DNA of 64,000 nt from Eukaryota sp. TZLM1-RC. Its lineage: Eukaryota; Protista; Metamonada: BaSk clade. Below are positions 44,795-56,580 of this stretch, piece after piece (the first letter of the stretch is position 1; every line of letters starts with the position of its first letter). A model generated the notes under the pieces. The model was not told the origin of the DNA. It did not search any database and saw only the letters and a program-made list of their open reading frames with translations. The DNA is taken from contig JAUPSS010000004.1 in NCBI GenBank assembly GCA_040285825.1, forward strand, positions 1,902,550-1,966,549, written 5' to 3'. A program made the translations under genes and the position numbers.

Positions 44795-46291
44795 ATGACA
44801 CACGCCAAGCTACCTCTCACAAATGTCCGATCCTTTGAACTAACACATCTTGAGCAATCTCTCTTTAATCTGTTCCTAGAAGTTGTACATTATTTTCGCA
44901 TTGACACAACTGTTCGTGTTGCTGGTGGATGGGTTCGTGATAAGGTTCTTAATAGACCAACCAAATTTGATATCGATATAACTGTTTCTAATATGATGGG
45001 AGTTGATTTCGCCAACAAGATCAATGAGTTTTTGTCTATCAGGGGTGAAGCTGCTGGAAAGCTAGCTGTTATTGAACAAAATCCTGAAAAGTCCAAACAT
45101 TTAGAAACTGCCAGGATGAAGTTGATGGGAAGCTGGATTGACTTTTGTAATCTACGTTCAGAGACATACACGGCTGACTCAAGGATACCAACTGCGAGAC
45201 TTGGTACTGCTGAAGAGGATGCTTTAAGAAGAGACTTTACTGTTAATGCTTTACTTTACAACCTACACTCAAACAATGTTGAAGACTACACTGGCAGATC
45301 CTTCACAGATCTCGCGAATAAGCTAATTTCAACTCCTCTGGACCCTCTCACCACATTGATGGATGATCCTCTTCGTGTTATGCGTGCTATCAGATTCAGT
45401 TCAAGATTAGGCTTTTCTCTGGATGATTCATTGTATCAAGCATGTAAGAATCGTAATGTACATGAAGCACTGAGAAGTATCGTTTCCAGAGAACGTATAG
45501 GCACGGAATTACAAGAAATGATGGAATCAACTAATGCTTTTGATTCAATCAAATTGATTGTTGAATTAGGACTGACTGATTTAGTTTTTTGCCCGCCTGA
45601 TGACCTTCAACATTCACTCTGTGCTGAATTAACTTCCGAAAATGCTGCATTGCGGATTCTAAAGCGTTGTTTCTTGGCCATTAAACTCATCAGTGTCTTT
45701 AAGTTTGAGATTTCTGCTGAATTCCAAAGAATTTTGTTGACTTCTTGTGTACTTTTCCCTCTTCGTAAACATGAAGTTTTGGTCAAGAACAGAGCTGTTG
45801 CATTACCTACTTGGATAGGGATGAATTCTCTTAAATGGGCAAAGGTCGTTTCACAGTCTATAACTATTTCCTGTCACACTGCGGAAATGTTTCATAACAT
45901 TGAATCTGAAAGTCCATCTCGATTGGAATTGGGTCAAATTCTCCGAAAGTCAAAGGAATTATGGACTATTGGCTTGATTTTAGCAGCTGTTGACAATTGC
46001 TCAAGTATCGACCTGAGTTGGAATTCTGAATTACCAACAATAGTGTTTGAAAAGATTATTCCCTACCAAGGTTTTGTTCAGTTGATCAAGTCGTTTGGTT
46101 TGATCGATATATGGAAAGTGAAGTGTGCTTTTTCGGGAGCTGAAATTCAGAAATTATTAAATTTGGCCCGAGGTCCTAAAATTGGGGAAGCAGTTGAACA
46201 CTGTATCAGATTACAGATCCAGAGTCCTCAACTATTAAAAGAGGAACTAAAGAATGCTCTTTTAGAGTCATGGCCAAATCAAAGTAGCTGA
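44795..46291 (+). CDS. CCA1: Class II CCA-adding tRNA nucleotidyltransferase
   Basis: RVAGGWVRD, DIDI, NPEKSKHLETA, DFCNLRSETY, EEDALRRDFTVNAL, DDPLRVMRAIRF. Confidence 0.95.
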   Translation: MTHAKLPLTNVRSFELTHLEQSLFNLFLEVVHYFRIDTTVRVAGGWVRDKVLNRPTKFDIDITVSNMMGVDFANKINEFLSIRGEAAGKLAVIEQNPEKSKHLETARMKLMGSWIDFCNLRSETYTADSRIPTARLGTAEEDALRRDFTVNALLYNLHSNNVEDYTGRSFTDLANKLISTPLDPLTTLMDDPLRVMRAIRFSSRLGFSLDDSLYQACKNRNVHEALRSIVSRERIGTELQEMMESTNAFDSIKLIVELGLTDLVFCPPDDLQHSLCAELTSENAALRILKRCFLAIKLISVFKFEISAEFQRILLTSCVLFPLRKHEVLVKNRAVALPTWIGMNSLKWAKVVSQSITISCHTAEMFHNIESESPSRLELGQILRKSKELWTIGLILAAVDNCSSIDLSWNSELPTIVFEKIIPYQGFVQLIKSFGLIDIWKVKCAFSGAEIQKLLNLARGPKIGEAVEHCIRLQIQSPQLLKEELKNALLESWPNQSS

Positions 46292-46494
46292 TGTTTCTCA
46301 CAATGTTTTTTTACCTGGTATTGTGTATTTGTAGATTTTTTCTGTTGTGGATCTCCTCCTGTAATAAATTATTTGAATATTGTATTTCTGACAAATCATA
46401 ATTTCAGTTTAACTTCTTTTGAAAGATATTCTATAAATATCGAATATCATTTTTGTAAAGATGTAAATGTACAGGTTCCCAGTAGTTTTACAAA

Positions 46495-46848
46495 ATGGGT
46501 AGAGTAATGATTCCTTCAAGTGGTCGTGGGAAAGGTGGAAAGGGATTAGGAAAAGGTGGGAAAGGTTTAGGTAAAGTTGGAGTTAAGCGTCATAGGAAGG
46601 TTCTACGTCAAAACATCCAAGGTATTACCAAGCCTGTTATTCGTCGTCTTGCTCGTCGTGGTGGTGTGAAGCGTATCTCTGCACTTATCTATGATGAAAC
46701 CCGTACTATTCTTCGTGATTTCCTCGAAAAAGTAATCCGTGACTCTATAACATATTGTGATCATGCTAGAAGGAAGACCGTCACTGCCATGGACGTTGTC
46801 TATGCTTTGAAACGTCATGGGCGTGTTTTGTATGGTTTTGGGGTCTGA
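46495..46848 (+). CDS. H4: Histone H4 variant with extended N-terminal tail
   Basis: [30 protein letters not shown]...[15 protein letters not shown]; extra GKGGKGL-type heptad. Confidence 0.95.
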   Translation: MGRVMIPSSGRGKGGKGLGKGGKGLGKVGVKRHRKVLRQNIQGITKPVIRRLARRGGVKRISALIYDETRTILRDFLEKVIRDSITYCDHARRKTVTAMDVVYALKRHGRVLYGFGV

Positions 46849-46936
46849 ATAAATATCGACTTGTCATCTTTAATTGGTATCTCGGTATTCACCTAATCGG
46901 TATGCTAAACTAGATTTATAAACAGAAAAGACACAA

Positions 46937-49900
46937 CTAAACATAATGAGCTTGCGAAACAATGCAAGACTTTAGAGCTTCTAACTGAATTTCAGAGAAC
47001 TGTTTCATATGAACTGCTTCCCATTGCTCATAATGAGTCTGCCAAAAGTCTCTGATGACCTTACGTACCAAAGAACCTATGGGATCGGGATCGGGAGCAT
47101 GTTTGGCCAATTCAACAATGATTTCTGGTAGATAATCAGGTACTTCATATGGATAAGCAAGAACAATAGCTGCCAAGCCAAGACAACCAGCATGACGTTT
47201 CACCAATGTGTCCTTATCTTTTCGAACAAGGGCTGTCCTAGCAAGTGTTCTATAGTCATTTAAATGTGCAATAACAGTGTTTTCGTCCACAAATCTGTGA
47301 ATAGTGGATAGAATTTGGCAGCAATGAAATCTAACCTCGGCGTTAGGGTCCAGGAGACATTTTGTCAAAAAGTTTGAATACTGAATTAGCACCTTGGTAT
47401 TGAAAGAAAAAGAGTAAGAAAAAACACGAACAGTTGTTAAAATTTCCTTTCTTAATGCAGGTGAACGTTCTCCATGTGGACCATAGAAAGACTTTTCGAG
47501 ACTATCAAGAATTTTCAACGGTGAAACTTCGAATGGAGGTACTGGGATGTGTAAAAAGAACCGTCGTAATCTCTTTGAAATCAAAGGATCAGGAAAACCA
47601 ATCAGACCAACAATGACTTCTACCAAATTCTGATCTTCAAATATCTTAAGTAGAGCCCAACTCTCCCAGGAGCTTTCCAAATAATTTAAAATTCTACACA
47701 GAGATCTCGTAGCAAGGACAGATTTTGAAGGGGGTTTATCATGCTGGAAATCAAATGATTGTAACGTTTCATGGGCTTGATTGATTAAATGATTGAGGAT
47801 ATCACATACGGACTGATCATTTATAAAAGGTTCCAAGTTGAGTTTACCATTACCACTCAAATCTTTCTTATTTCGGAAATCAATAGAAGAAGTGATGAAT
47901 GGAAAGAGTCCATCAGCAGCTGTTTCTCTCAGCAACTTGTAATCAGACAATGCTGCATTCATAAAGTGTGGTGCTAGCAACTTAGCCATTGGACCTTTCC
48001 TCCAACAGAGTTCGGTGCTGGTCTCGTCCATTAATCTCAAACACTTAGAAAGATTGCCAACAGACTGTTTGCCTTCTTCAATAGTGACCAAAGTCTTTGC
48101 AAGCATTACAAGTGGTAAGAATCTTTTTAAATCCCGATCTAAAGTAACATAGTGAAGGTTTTGTTGCCAATTGAAAGCCGCTTCTGCTGTTAACCTTGGA
48201 TAAACATTCTGTAAAAGATTAATACTAAAATTCCAAATTCTATCCAACTCGGTTAAGCTCCAGTGTCTGGCTCCCCTTAAAAAACCACACACTACTTCAG
48301 AAACAGCCAACTGAGCCCACTTGTCAGTCGGATCTGAAGAGAGATTAGTCAAGATGGACTCAAAAGAAGAAAAGGCATCTCCACTAGTGAATCTACCCAA
48401 ATAGGTAAAGAAGTGGGTTCTATATTGAGAATTAACTGCAGATTGTTCAGCAATAAAGGACTTTAACAGTTCCTCAAGGCGCTTTTCATCAGCCAAGAAT
48501 TCAAGTAAGGTATTTTGGACAGGTGTCCACCTCTCTATTTGACCCAATTTAACTTTTTTATCCTTGTTTATTGGGAAAAATCCTTCCCAATTGTCATCCC
48601 TGAATAATTGTTTTTGGAAAAGTTTTTCATCTGCCGAGGTGTAAAAACCAGATAAATCGATTGATTGACCGAAATGGAAACGATCAAGTGTTTGTCCGGG
48701 TAACAATCCAGTTTCCTCCAGAGACTTGTCATAATTCAAAACCTCACCAGCATTAGGATCATCAATTTCTTCTCTATTGTCCTTATACCAATCTAACAAA
48801 AGATGGAAACAAGCATTGATGCTACGAAGAACAGAACGTCGAACACGAGGTGAAGAATGGGACAAAAACGAAAGAATAGTACGAACAAAATAACTGTAAA
48901 CGTGATCAGAAACGTCATCTGATTGGCTAGGAGCTTCTGGTCGCTCGTATATTGTCTTTGATTCATTTTCAAATGACAGACTATACCAAAAGCATCCTGG
49001 TCTAATTAACCTTACCATCAATTCTAATAAAGGAGTGGCTAGAAAAGCCTGAGTATTGGTAAATGATAGAGCAACAATACTAAAAATAGGTTTGATAATG
49101 GAAAGGTAACACGTCAAGTCTTTGTAATTCTGATTGGCTTTTTGATTGATTGCATAGTTGAAATAAGTGTCCATTTCAGCAGGCAGAGTAAATAAAAGTT
49201 CTTTAATTAAGTCTTTTGTGCTCATTGAGGTACTGAAAATTGGTTCAAAATGGGTGAAAACATCACTAAATGATGACGTGACGTCTAATAAATGTGGAAT
49301 CAATCTTGTGAGTTCAGAACTAGTTAATGTTGATGGTAAATCACCAGTTAAAGTCCATTTGCCAAAAGTATTGATAATAGTAGTTAGAAATTTAGCTAAA
49401 AGTGTCCAATGTCTAGTAATAGAAGCAATTAATCTTCTGCTTGCAAATAGATAAATTAAACCTTTAATCTCGTGAAATTCTGGTTCCCTTTCTTGACAAA
49501 TCTTGGCCAAAAAGCTCACACTAGACTCAGCTACTCCGGCTACATTCTTTGTCATGTAGCCAATAGGTTCTTGACTAGTCTCCCTAACAATAAGATAAGG
49601 GTGAATGGAGAGCTTCAGGAGGTAATCAACAGCTCCTTTCGGTGCTTCTAAGTCACCAGTGTACCCTACTTCAGAAGTGAGGAGCGAATGGAGTTGAAGG
49701 AAGGTTCGCTCTATCATTAGTGGCCTACTCGTATACTTATTATCAGTGCTGACAGTTTCATCAATGAAAAGACCTCTCAATTGGTAGTGGTGCTCCAATC
49801 TATAGGCCCACCACTTGCTAGAACAGTAATTCTTGGAAGCAAGGGAGTCTAGAATAGAAGAACAAACAGATAGGGCACTAGGATCATCAGAAACTTCGGC

Positions 49901-52570
49901 AATTGCGTCACAAAAACACGTTGTAATTGAGCATAATTGATCTCTAATAGAGAGTTTTTCGTCCTTCAGCCAGCCTAGTTCAGCATTGAACTCTTCCATT
50001 TTACTAAAATCAAACCCTCCCTCAAAAGGAGTCAGTAAAGAAAACTTACTCCTCATTCGTGTAGGATAAACAAAAGGTTTTTCATATTGATAGTTGGTAG
50101 GGGAAAGTCTAGTAATTGGAGCTAGACCAACAACAAGAGAATTCAGGATTTGTAGGGAGATCATCAGTAAACTTTTCCTTTGAGATAGAGATGCTGAGAT
50201 TCGGTTCCTGTAGTCAGCAAGAGCTTTACAACACCAATAAATTAAATCCTGACTGACAGCTAAGAGTTGATTAATGGTATTTTGGGTTGGTTTATAAAAC
50301 TCAACATTAATTTCTTCAAAACTTCGAGCTTTCACGTAATCAGAAGGGTTTTTGGGGTGCGTATTATCACTGAAAGGTCGACATTCACTGGGGTATTGAC
50401 ATAAAAGGGAGTAGTAAGCAAATCTAATGCAACTAGACGCTTCCTGCAAAATGGAAGGATCATTTGACTTAAAAAATGCCGAGACGATCGTTAAAACCCT
50501 TGGCAAACTATCAACCAATGTTTGGGAGCCAGCTCTGGTCAAACAACCATTGAGGACAGATAAGTAATAATGGGACGAATCAGATGAGCCAAGGAAGACA
50601 TTGACGCTACTTTCAGATTCATAGAAAGGGCGTTGGTTTCGTGGTAGAGAGGCCAAAGAGATGTCAGATGGCATTAACAAACCAACTGATCTATCAAAAA
50701 CTCGTGATTCAATGAACTTTAACAACTTGGGAATGACAAATGAAGGGTTTCTAAAGGTGACTGCTGCGACAAGGGCCGCACATGAAGAAAATGGATCCTC
50801 AGAGACAATATTGTTCTTTAAAAAGTCAAAAACAACTTCGAAAGCAGATGCAAACAATTGATCATCCATGGATTGAAATAGGGCATCGGCTAGACCTTCA
50901 AAAGTGGCATCTGACGGCACTTCTCCCACTCTGACCAACACACACAAGCGCTCTACAATGTTAAGAGACAGAGAACGAAGAGAGGAAACGTATTTTCGCC
51001 AACTGGGTGACGTGATAGAGTCTGGAGAAGTCAATGGAATTCTGGTACAAATTGATAGGTACATCTTCAAAGCGTTGAGACATTTTTTTGAATCAACAGG
51101 ATCAATCGCAACCAAACAATCACTTGTAATTGAAGTAAATTGACCCCAAACCTCCCTTGCCTTTTCATCATCGTCTTCCTTCTCCAACTCACCAAGATAT
51201 CGAAGCAATGGTTGAATTGAGAAGGACATCAGCATTAAGGCAGGGGGTACCAAATGGGGTTCCTGGAGGGCTAGTAGTGACTCTTGAACAGTAGTGAGAA
51301 CTGGAGGAATAATGACATGGGGTTCAAGCTCAGCAAGATCAGACAAAGCAAGGAGAGCATCATGTGAGAGAGAGGAGGAGCGGGCATAAACAGCTGTGAG
51401 AAGGGCTGGGTAGAGGTCTTCACATAGATTGACCACAAATTCTCTTGGTAAATGGTACTTTGGATCTACTGAAGGAACCTTTAATCGGCGTACATCTCCT
51501 AGTTGAGCTTTTGTGACTCTGGAATTGAGTTCTGAAGTAAAGGAAGAAAGCAAATCTCCAATTGACCTAGACCAATGTCCCTCAGTTTGGGGGTGAAGGA
51601 ATGGTTTGATTACCCTGATAAAATGTTTGAAATGTTCTAAATACAGTGGTGAAAGAGAAACAGGACGAAGTGAGTGGGCGAGCCATTTCCCTGCAGCTTC
51701 AAAGAACATTGAAGCCTTGGTGGTGGCGACCAAGAACTTTGAATATGAAGACTCCAACTTGGGCCCTGTTCCACTCTGCTGTGACAAGGGAAGATGTAAG
51801 AGGTGCAGGATCTTCGCCATTATTGAGCCAAAGTGAGGACTCCAATCAAAATCAGGGCGGTAGAAAGCAATACGGGCTAGCATTCTCATTGTTAGAATAT
51901 GTGGTTCTAAAAGAGTTTGATCAGACCATTCCCACGATTTGAGAACTGCAGGCAAAAATGAAAGAGGTGGTTCATGGTGCTTACGGATTCTGACAGGGAG
52001 TAGAGTACATAAAAAACCATGTGCTTTGTGATGCTGGGTGTCATATGGACAGAAGAAAGGAACAAAGGTATCAATCATTTCTTGGGTACATCCTTCCTCA
52101 AACCAATGACATATAGATGGTAGGAGCGACATAATGGAAGCTCCAAGGGATCGAGGAAGCACAGGATGGTTTCGTCCATATGGAGAAAAGACATATCGAT
52201 CCGCAAGATCGTAAAATTCTTTCCACTGGATCTCAAAATTCAAATCTGGGGGTACTATTGATAGAACATCGGAGAACATTCGACATAATGAAGCAAGAGA
52301 CTTGTGATCTTGCTCGGGATGAATAATGAGTTTCCATAGTACTTTGAGTATACGTACAGCCTCTTGGTCAGGTATGGGAGCTTTGATATAGAGTAAAAGA
52401 TCAAAACGCTGGAGCCAAAAAACTAAAGCATCTCGGAACGCTGTGGTAGCAAGACACCACGTCAAGCCATCACAACATTCGTGTAAAACCTCAGGAAGTT
52501 GATTGGAAAGACGAGATTTAATATCATCATCCAGCGCTGAGGAAACAGAATAAAGATTAGCCATTGGCAT
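46937..52570 (-). CDS. PSME4: Proteasome activator PA200/Blm10
   Basis: 1877-aa HEAT-like protein; KRHAGCLGLAAIVLAYPYEVPDYLP and penultimate-Tyr C-terminus (AHYV). Confidence 0.92.
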   Translation of the reverse strand: MPMANLYSVSSALDDDIKSRLSNQLPEVLHECCDGLTWCLATTAFRDALVFWLQRFDLLLYIKAPIPDQEAVRILKVLWKLIIHPEQDHKSLASLCRMFSDVLSIVPPDLNFEIQWKEFYDLADRYVFSPYGRNHPVLPRSLGASIMSLLPSICHWFEEGCTQEMIDTFVPFFCPYDTQHHKAHGFLCTLLPVRIRKHHEPPLSFLPAVLKSWEWSDQTLLEPHILTMRMLARIAFYRPDFDWSPHFGSIMAKILHLLHLPLSQQSGTGPKLESSYSKFLVATTKASMFFEAAGKWLAHSLRPVSLSPLYLEHFKHFIRVIKPFLHPQTEGHWSRSIGDLLSSFTSELNSRVTKAQLGDVRRLKVPSVDPKYHLPREFVVNLCEDLYPALLTAVYARSSSLSHDALLALSDLAELEPHVIIPPVLTTVQESLLALQEPHLVPPALMLMSFSIQPLLRYLGELEKEDDDEKAREVWGQFTSITSDCLVAIDPVDSKKCLNALKMYLSICTRIPLTSPDSITSPSWRKYVSSLRSLSLNIVERLCVLVRVGEVPSDATFEGLADALFQSMDDQLFASAFEVVFDFLKNNIVSEDPFSSCAALVAAVTFRNPSFVIPKLLKFIESRVFDRSVGLLMPSDISLASLPRNQRPFYESESSVNVFLGSSDSSHYYLSVLNGCLTRAGSQTLVDSLPRVLTIVSAFFKSNDPSILQEASSCIRFAYYSLLCQYPSECRPFSDNTHPKNPSDYVKARSFEEINVEFYKPTQNTINQLLAVSQDLIYWCCKALADYRNRISASLSQRKSLLMISLQILNSLVVGLAPITRLSPTNYQYEKPFVYPTRMRSKFSLLTPFEGGFDFSKMEEFNAELGWLKDEKLSIRDQLCSITTCFCDAIAEVSDDPSALSVCSSILDSLASKNYCSSKWWAYRLEHHYQLRGLFIDETVSTDNKYTSRPLMIERTFLQLHSLLTSEVGYTGDLEAPKGAVDYLLKLSIHPYLIVRETSQEPIGYMTKNVAGVAESSVSFLAKICQEREPEFHEIKGLIYLFASRRLIASITRHWTLLAKFLTTIINTFGKWTLTGDLPSTLTSSELTRLIPHLLDVTSSFSDVFTHFEPIFSTSMSTKDLIKELLFTLPAEMDTYFNYAINQKANQNYKDLTCYLSIIKPIFSIVALSFTNTQAFLATPLLELMVRLIRPGCFWYSLSFENESKTIYERPEAPSQSDDVSDHVYSYFVRTILSFLSHSSPRVRRSVLRSINACFHLLLDWYKDNREEIDDPNAGEVLNYDKSLEETGLLPGQTLDRFHFGQSIDLSGFYTSADEKLFQKQLFRDDNWEGFFPINKDKKVKLGQIERWTPVQNTLLEFLADEKRLEELLKSFIAEQSAVNSQYRTHFFTYLGRFTSGDAFSSFESILTNLSSDPTDKWAQLAVSEVVCGFLRGARHWSLTELDRIWNFSINLLQNVYPRLTAEAAFNWQQNLHYVTLDRDLKRFLPLVMLAKTLVTIEEGKQSVGNLSKCLRLMDETSTELCWRKGPMAKLLAPHFMNAALSDYKLLRETAADGLFPFITSSIDFRNKKDLSGNGKLNLEPFINDQSVCDILNHLINQAHETLQSFDFQHDKPPSKSVLATRSLCRILNYLESSWESWALLKIFEDQNLVEVIVGLIGFPDPLISKRLRRFFLHIPVPPFEVSPLKILDSLEKSFYGPHGERSPALRKEILTTVRVFSYSFSFNTKVLIQYSNFLTKCLLDPNAEVRFHCCQILSTIHRFVDENTVIAHLNDYRTLARTALVRKDKDTLVKRHAGCLGLAAIVLAYPYEVPDYLPEIIVELAKHAPDPDPIGSLVRKVIRDFWQTHYEQWEAVHMKQFSEIQLEALKSCIVSQAHYV

Positions 52571-53033
52571 AAACGAGCTTGAAAGGGCTCTGAATTATCT
52601 GGATATGCTGATGGTGAGAAGGATATCTATTGTATTTACAGTACTGACTCTAATCCCCCTAATAATCCCCCTACCTTAGTTTTTGCTTTCTACTAGTCTA
52701 ATCACCACTCTTTCTCATCTCATGCCACTGTGCTTCCAGCTATTGTCCAAAAAAAACTGTTATTCACTAAAATTGTTCAATAAAATTTACTGTGGTTTTC
52801 ACTTTGGTTGCATTTTGGTGTATTTTTTTTCACCAACCAGATCTTGCACCAACGTCTGGTTTCTCCCTACGACATCTATGGGCCTTAGTTTTCAACTTTT
52901 ACTTAATGGTGTAGACATAAAACACTGAAAACCTAGAACACACAGTTCAGGATCTTTGCATAATAACGTGCCAATAATGTTCAAATAAACAACAAAAAAT
53001 ATCAACTATTTATTTACAAAATAACTTACTTTA

Positions 53034-53408
53034 TTACAGATTGTCTAAATTTACAGAGATATTTTCAACAGTATTGAAAAGGGCTTCCAGCTCTCGTTCG
53101 TCTAGCTCCATGTTAACATTTGCCTTCGAAATGCCATTAGAAAGCTTCAAACCAAGTAAAACGCTAGGGACAGAAGTGTTTTTGTTTGATGAATGAGTAA
53201 CAATTTTGTTTAACTTCCAATCAGAGCTTTCAAGGAAAGTTTTCCTGGTATTATTACCGGATGAGCGAAGAGCATGAGGTGTGTACATGGACTGTACCGG
53301 TTTAGGCGTCGGTGGTGGAACAGCATAAGTTGCAGTTTGCGGAGGGCCAGTAGTGGGGACATGAACTGGGGGAGTAATAGAACCAAGTTGAAAGATTACA
53401 GGGGAGTC
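53034..53408 (-). CDS. COMM-domain protein (last exon; 5' exon unresolved)
   Basis: LESSDWKLNKIVTHSS...PSVLLGLKL...MELDERELEALFNTVENI fits the COMM domain pattern; frame open up to a pyrimidine-rich TTTAG acceptor at 53409. Confidence 0.55.
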   Translation of the reverse strand, partial: DSPVIFQLGSITPPVHVPTTGPPQTATYAVPPPTPKPVQSMYTPHALRSSGNNTRKTFLESSDWKLNKIVTHSSNKNTSVPSVLLGLKLSNGISKANVNMELDERELEALFNTVENISVNLDNL

Positions 53409-53619
53409 CTAAAGCTCGAAAAAGAAGGTAAGTGAGGGAAATAAGAACCTAGTTTATGAAGTGAGGGGAAAATGTGGGAATAGTGAAAACCTCCCGAAAC
53501 CAAGATGAGGGTTGAAAAACTCCCAGAACAGGCAACAAGAAGTCGAAAATGGGGTCACAAGTGTATAATTGATAGATGAGCTGTTTATTCTCACTACATT
53601 ACAGACATCCACTCTGAGT

Positions 53620-55932
53620 CACGTGTATTCACTCGGTCTTGTGCACTTAACTCGCTGCTGACCCTTGCAGCGGTGCAACAAATTCGGACTGACCTTCCTT
53701 TGGTCACCGAGATTTGTCATGAAGCTTCTTTAGTGCTTCAATCTTTTCGTCTAGTTTATCCGTTGGCATCTAGAGCCTTAGTGAAACAGGATGTATGGTA
53801 TCCTGTTATAACCATCATCACCACTGGATTTTTTCCAAAGCCATCCACCTCTAAAGGCCAACGCCAATTACTCCATATCTTTTACAGTGGATTTCTTCCT
53901 GAATGCCCACAAGACAGGTCTCTTGTTTCTTCATGGGAAAATTCTTTCGTGCCTTATAGAAATTCATTCAATCTCTTTCTCAATGGCTGCAGTCTCAGAA
54001 TTGTAATCTTACCAGTAGAAAAAGGCTTTCCCCTCACTCTGCTTGTCGGGCTCGTCAATTGGCGTCCAACGTGAAGACAATTTTACCTAAAATTTGTCAA
54101 TCCTGGACAAAAAACTTTATTCGTGCTCATTGTTGAGCTCTAGATAAAACAAATGTCTGAGCCAATTATCTTTTCTCTCTTTTACCAGATGAACCCTTAG
54201 CCTAATCCGAAGAAGCAGTTGTTGATTCTGTTCTAGAACACTACATCAATTTCAATCTGAATTATTCAAGAGAAAGATTCTTTTTATTAAATGTATGTAA
54301 GTTTATCTTGAATCTCCTTCAAAGATTTCCTGCCACTGCCTCTTTATCGTCTTCACATGATAAAATCACCTTTTCATCAAATGAAATTGGTGAGCTTTTT
54401 CTCATTAATCTTAAAATTTCACAATAATTACTCACCTTCTTTTCTCATATGCATTGCTGGAAGAAATTTAGGATAATACCTGTAGCTTCTCATAAAGGTT
54501 CTCAAATTCTTGAGATTTCTTCACATGTTTTCCAATATGTGAAAAAATTTCCACTTATTGAAGGATCATCTTTCAAAACAAAGTTTATCAAAAATACATG
54601 TCTGAAACGAATTTTCGAATAATGCCCTCACCAAAAATTCAAAATCAACAGAAAAAGTTAGAAAAATAGATTTAAAAAATTTTTATTAAAAGCTAATGGT
54701 AATGAACTGCTTTTGACCTTTGAAGGTTAGAATGATGACTCAGAGAACACAGATGAGCTGGATGAACCACCGAAAAAGAAAAGAAGATCAAAAAATGAAA
54801 TGAAAAGTGACCCTGATGATGCCGTTAGGCAGAAATACCAAAGAAGTGAAGAGAGAAAAGAGCTTTATTAATAGAAATACTTGTTTTTGAACAAGTGCCA
54901 CGTCATCATGTAAATTCCTCAACTGTCTAGCAAGTTAGTTAATCAGTAACAACAACACTACTTCTTCCCATTTTCTTTCAACAGTTTCGTGAACCATTTA
55001 GCATAATGAAGAAAGGGGATTTGTGAGATACTGAGGCACGTGGCGTAAATGATTGACTTCGTGCTTAACTTTTGAGGGACAATCACGAGCTTGATGACCT
55101 TTCTGGTGACATTTGAAACGTGTCCCTTCAGTCAAATTGCGCTGCATGAACCACCAAAGAAGAGAAAAAGATCAAAAAAGGAATGAAAAGTGACCCTAAT
55201 GCCAACAAAACCAAAGAAACACAGGTGAAGGGCACTAAACAAATGCCCCGTCGAAGACGCAGACAACCAGTCGAAGTTTTACCTGAAAAACCCCTCATTG
55301 CCGTTGATCTGGGCCAATCTAGATTATGTGGTTACTTCTGAAATAATTATCAATGTGGAGTGATCCCTTGTCCAACTGGCAGAAGATACATGACAAAACC
55401 TTCACCCAGTAAACACACTCCCAACCGATATTCCGTTCAAAATTTCAACCAATACTTGAACCATTGGAATTTGGTCAGGAGGAAAGTGTACTTGGAAAGT
55501 AATCGCCAGAAATGGAAAATAATTAAATTTGATAACCGCAGACGAAAAGAGAGACGGTTCTGAGAGAGCCTCAACAAATTTCAAAGGCTGGCTGGACATC
55601 CTGAAAAACTCTATCTTGCCGTGGGTTCTGCTAATTTCCCTTCTCATTGCCGAAAAGTCAATCGATATGGATCAGCAAAAGCTTTTAGAAAATGGTTGTG
55701 TTATTTAAAGGACGTGAAGCACTTGTCAACCAGTGAATTGAATACAAGCAAACAGTCAAGTTGTTGCATGGCCGAGAATATTCCAGCAGGATCATGGCAG
55801 ATGCATATTTGTACTGAGTGTCAAATAGTATATGACAGAGATATTTCCGCTGCAAAAGATATTCAAATTAAGAAGAAAGCGGAATTGTGGCCGGAAAGGT
55901 ACAGTTGCCCAGAAGCTTTGTTAAGGAGATGA
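53620..55932 (+). pseudogene. Fanzor family-2 copy B: near full length, degenerate, interrupted by an LTR fragment
   Basis: N-term TRSCALNSLLTLAAVQQIRTDL...VYPLASRALVKQDVW parallels family-1 PVSLPRFFASRAAQAIEAQL...EYPHLSCWLAHRQFW; the C-half closely matches 21996-22912 (IAVDLGQ, SELNTS, RDISAAKD); internal stops. Confidence 0.8.
54814..55145 (-). mobile_element. LTR retrotransposon remnant: gag zinc knuckle, PPT and 144-bp LTR
   Basis: Minus strand: FKCHQKGHQARDCP, GAAAGAAAATGGGAAGAAGTAG PPT, then TGTTGTTG (54957)...CATCATCA (54814) containing AATAAA. Confidence 0.7.
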
Positions 55933-56241
55933 ATAGGGAACCTGAGCATACAGAAACAATTTTTTAAAAAAAAATTTAAATTTTATTTTGAGTTTTATAT
56001 TTTATTTTTGATTTTTTTGAAAATCTTTTGAGACCGATCTACAAAAAGCTTAGTAGCATTTGGTAGATCCACTTAGATACATCAAGTCGCGAGGCTTTGT
56101 TCTGTGAAAGCAGTAGGTGTATTTAAGTGAGGCGCATTGATGAAGATCATGATTGTCTTTGTCAAATGACGCTACATGTCTCTTACAGCCTGTAAGTAGA
56201 CATTGAGAAAGTTGAAAACAGGAGTGAATTTCACAGGGGAA
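55933..56241 (+). ncRNA. Putative omega-RNA of Fanzor family 2, copy B
   Basis: Homologous to 21746-21995 except for an AT-rich insert near 55960-56024; same hairpins. Confidence 0.65.
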
Positions 56242-56292
56242 GCGTATGTGATTCTTCATTGCATCTCCAGACACTATTGACTGCCACATCGT

Positions 56293-56580
56293 TTAAGATG
56301 GACTGTTATTTTCTTCTACAGAGATCTTCTTGACTACTTTCATTTTAGTTCCTTCCTGTCGTCTTTTAGCACCCGATGAGGATGTGCTTGTTTCAGGAAC
56401 TTGCAATGGACAGTTTCTTCTGTTGTGGCCTTCTCCGCAAAATATGTAACTTCTCAGTTTTTTTGTCCATCTCAGCAGTCTTCTTTTTCTGATCTCCTTG
56501 TGAAGTAGATGATCCATTTTCGAAATCTTTTGTTTGAGTTTTTGGTCTCTCGAAAATGGATGGTCTACCGTATGTTGTTG
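56293..56580 (-). mobile_element. Possible Mutator-like transposase C-terminal remnant
   Basis: Degenerate knuckle FCGEGHNRRNCP preceded by a RPKT..KRFRK-like basic stretch; weak. Confidence 0.3.

Noticed and set aside
52649-52675. CTAATCCCC repeats as a telomere remnant
   Set aside because: Only two imperfect units in a promoter region
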